From Clostridiales bacterium (GTDB lineage: Bacteria > Bacillota > Clostridia > Christensenellales > Aristaeellaceae), in assembly GCA_004556155.1 (NCBI GenBank), contig SFIM01000018.1, positions 7,593 through 39,592 of the forward strand: DNA of 32,000 nucleotides, in the 5' to 3' direction. Of the stretch, positions 31,354-32,000 are shown piece by piece; position 1 is the first letter of the stretch, and every line of letters begins with the position of its first letter. Below the pieces are notes generated by a model. That model worked only from the letters and a program-made list of their open reading frames with translations, was not told the origin of the DNA and did no database searches. The position numbers and the translations under genes are program-made.

Positions 31354-31820
31354 GAATCCTGCTTTTCTCCGTCCTCATCCGCCTTTTGCTCGGGCTTGGA
31401 GGCGGGCTGATCTTTTTTGCCTTCGGGCTGCTCGCCGCGCGAAATCGCGCCCAGCATGCCGTTGACAAAGCGGGCGCTGGCGGGCTCGCTAAAACGTTTG
31501 GCAAGCTCCACCGCTTCGTTAATTGCGATGGACTCAGCCACTTCGTGGCTGTACTTCATCTCATACAGCGCCACGCGCAGGATGCACAAATCCACGCGCG
31601 CGATACGTGCCAGCTCGCGAGAGGTGCTGTAGCGCGCAATCAGCGCGTCCAGCTCTTCCGCATGGCTTTCAATGCCCGCGACCGTAGCGTCAATATACGC
31701 CTGATCGTCGCCCTCGGGCGTAAAGGCAATGAGCGCGCCCAGCGTATCCTCGCCGCTGCCACCCATCAGGTTTTCGTACACAAGCTGCATTGCCGCCGCG
31801 CGGGCTGCTGAACGCGCCAT
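31350..31820 (-). CDS. nusB: transcription antitermination factor NusB with a charged low-complexity C-terminal tail
   Basis: ARSAARAAAMQLVYE..., AINEAVELAKRF...FVNGMLG, then a ~30 aa tail EQPEGKKDQPASKPEQKADEDGEKQDS. Confidence 0.88.
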   Translation of the reverse strand: MARSAARAAAMQLVYENLMGGSGEDTLGALIAFTPEGDDQAYIDATVAGIESHAEELDALIARYSTSRELARIARVDLCILRVALYEMKYSHEVAESIAINEAVELAKRFSEPASARFVNGMLGAISRGEQPEGKKDQPASKPEQKADEDGEKQDS

Positions 31821-31848
31821 AGCTGGTATCCCCCGTATTTACGCCCGA

Positions 31849-32000
31849 TTATTCGGGCTTATTCGTTTTGTCCTGCGTATCCTGCTCGATATCCAAGGGC
31901 TTATCCTTGGGCGGGAAGGAACGGTTGATGGCAACGCGCACCGCGTCGCGCTTGTTGCCAATGCCGCCGGCCAGCGCGCCAAGGGCGGCGAACACTGCGA
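31849..32000 (-). CDS. 3' end of an unidentified gene, truncated by the window edge
   Basis: An open, GC3-rich frame reads ...AVFAALGALAGGIGNKRDAVRVAINRSFPPKDKPLDIEQDTQDKTNKPE and stops at TAA (31851-31849). It is absent from the track because no start codon lies in the window. Identity not recognised. Confidence 0.4.
   Translation of the reverse strand, partial: AVFAALGALAGGIGNKRDAVRVAINRSFPPKDKPLDIEQDTQDKTNKPE

Noticed and set aside
1-32000. Mobile elements, prophage, CRISPR arrays, tRNA/rRNA genes, defence systems
   Set aside because: No transposase, integrase or recombinase-like translations were seen. There are no regularly spaced direct repeats and no intergenic space with tRNA-like structure. 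The HD, PHP and MBL proteins occur singly in metabolic or transport contexts, not in defence-island-like arrangements.

Overview
GC-rich (by eye, not computed) Firmicutes/Clostridia-style chromosomal segment, judged from AGGAGG-type RBSs, lipoprotein signal peptides and a nusB-folD-xseA-xseB-ispA neighbourhood. 31 of 33 protein-coding calls lie on the minus strand. Nearly all long plus-strand ORFs in the track are antisense artefacts of GC-rich genes. The window falls into three blocks. (i) 155-17100 is a ~17 kb molybdenum island. It has an MFS transporter and a three-subunit xanthine-dehydrogenase-family Mo-hydroxylase: a 2Fe-2S subunit, a MoCo subunit, and an FAD subunit interrupted by a GltD/NfnB-like NAD(P)H/FeS flavoprotein module. 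A NifU-like gene trails this operon and a visibly AT-richer TetR gene diverges from it. A ten-gene, largely translationally coupled operon follows: HD, MoeA-like, modA, modB, modC, FecCD-type permease, ATPase, SAM methyltransferase, cluster-A binding protein, xdhC. A composite motif CTGrACAAA-N5-ATTTGTTC-N15-TATCGATAT occurs with identical spacing in the core promoters of both operons. (ii) 17209-23103 holds a CUT1/UgpB-like ABC importer with no ATPase, regulator or glycosidase. Both its permeases carry N-terminal 2-TM extensions, and a secreted ComEC-type MBL hydrolase follows it. A terminator-bracketed PHP phosphoesterase lies just upstream of it in transcription (higher coordinates). (iii) 23174-32000 is housekeeping: aminotransferase, thiI, nifS, small membrane protein, ispA, xseB, xseA, folD, TsaD-like paralogue, nusB and a partial gene. 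No rRNA, tRNA, CRISPR, transposase or integrase was recognised. The best candidate for an undescribed system is the molybdenum island, for three reasons: the domain-inserted hydroxylase flavoprotein, modABC fused in one operon with a type-II importer plus methyltransferase, and the shared operator. All functional calls rest on motif recognition in the supplied translations. No database search was run.
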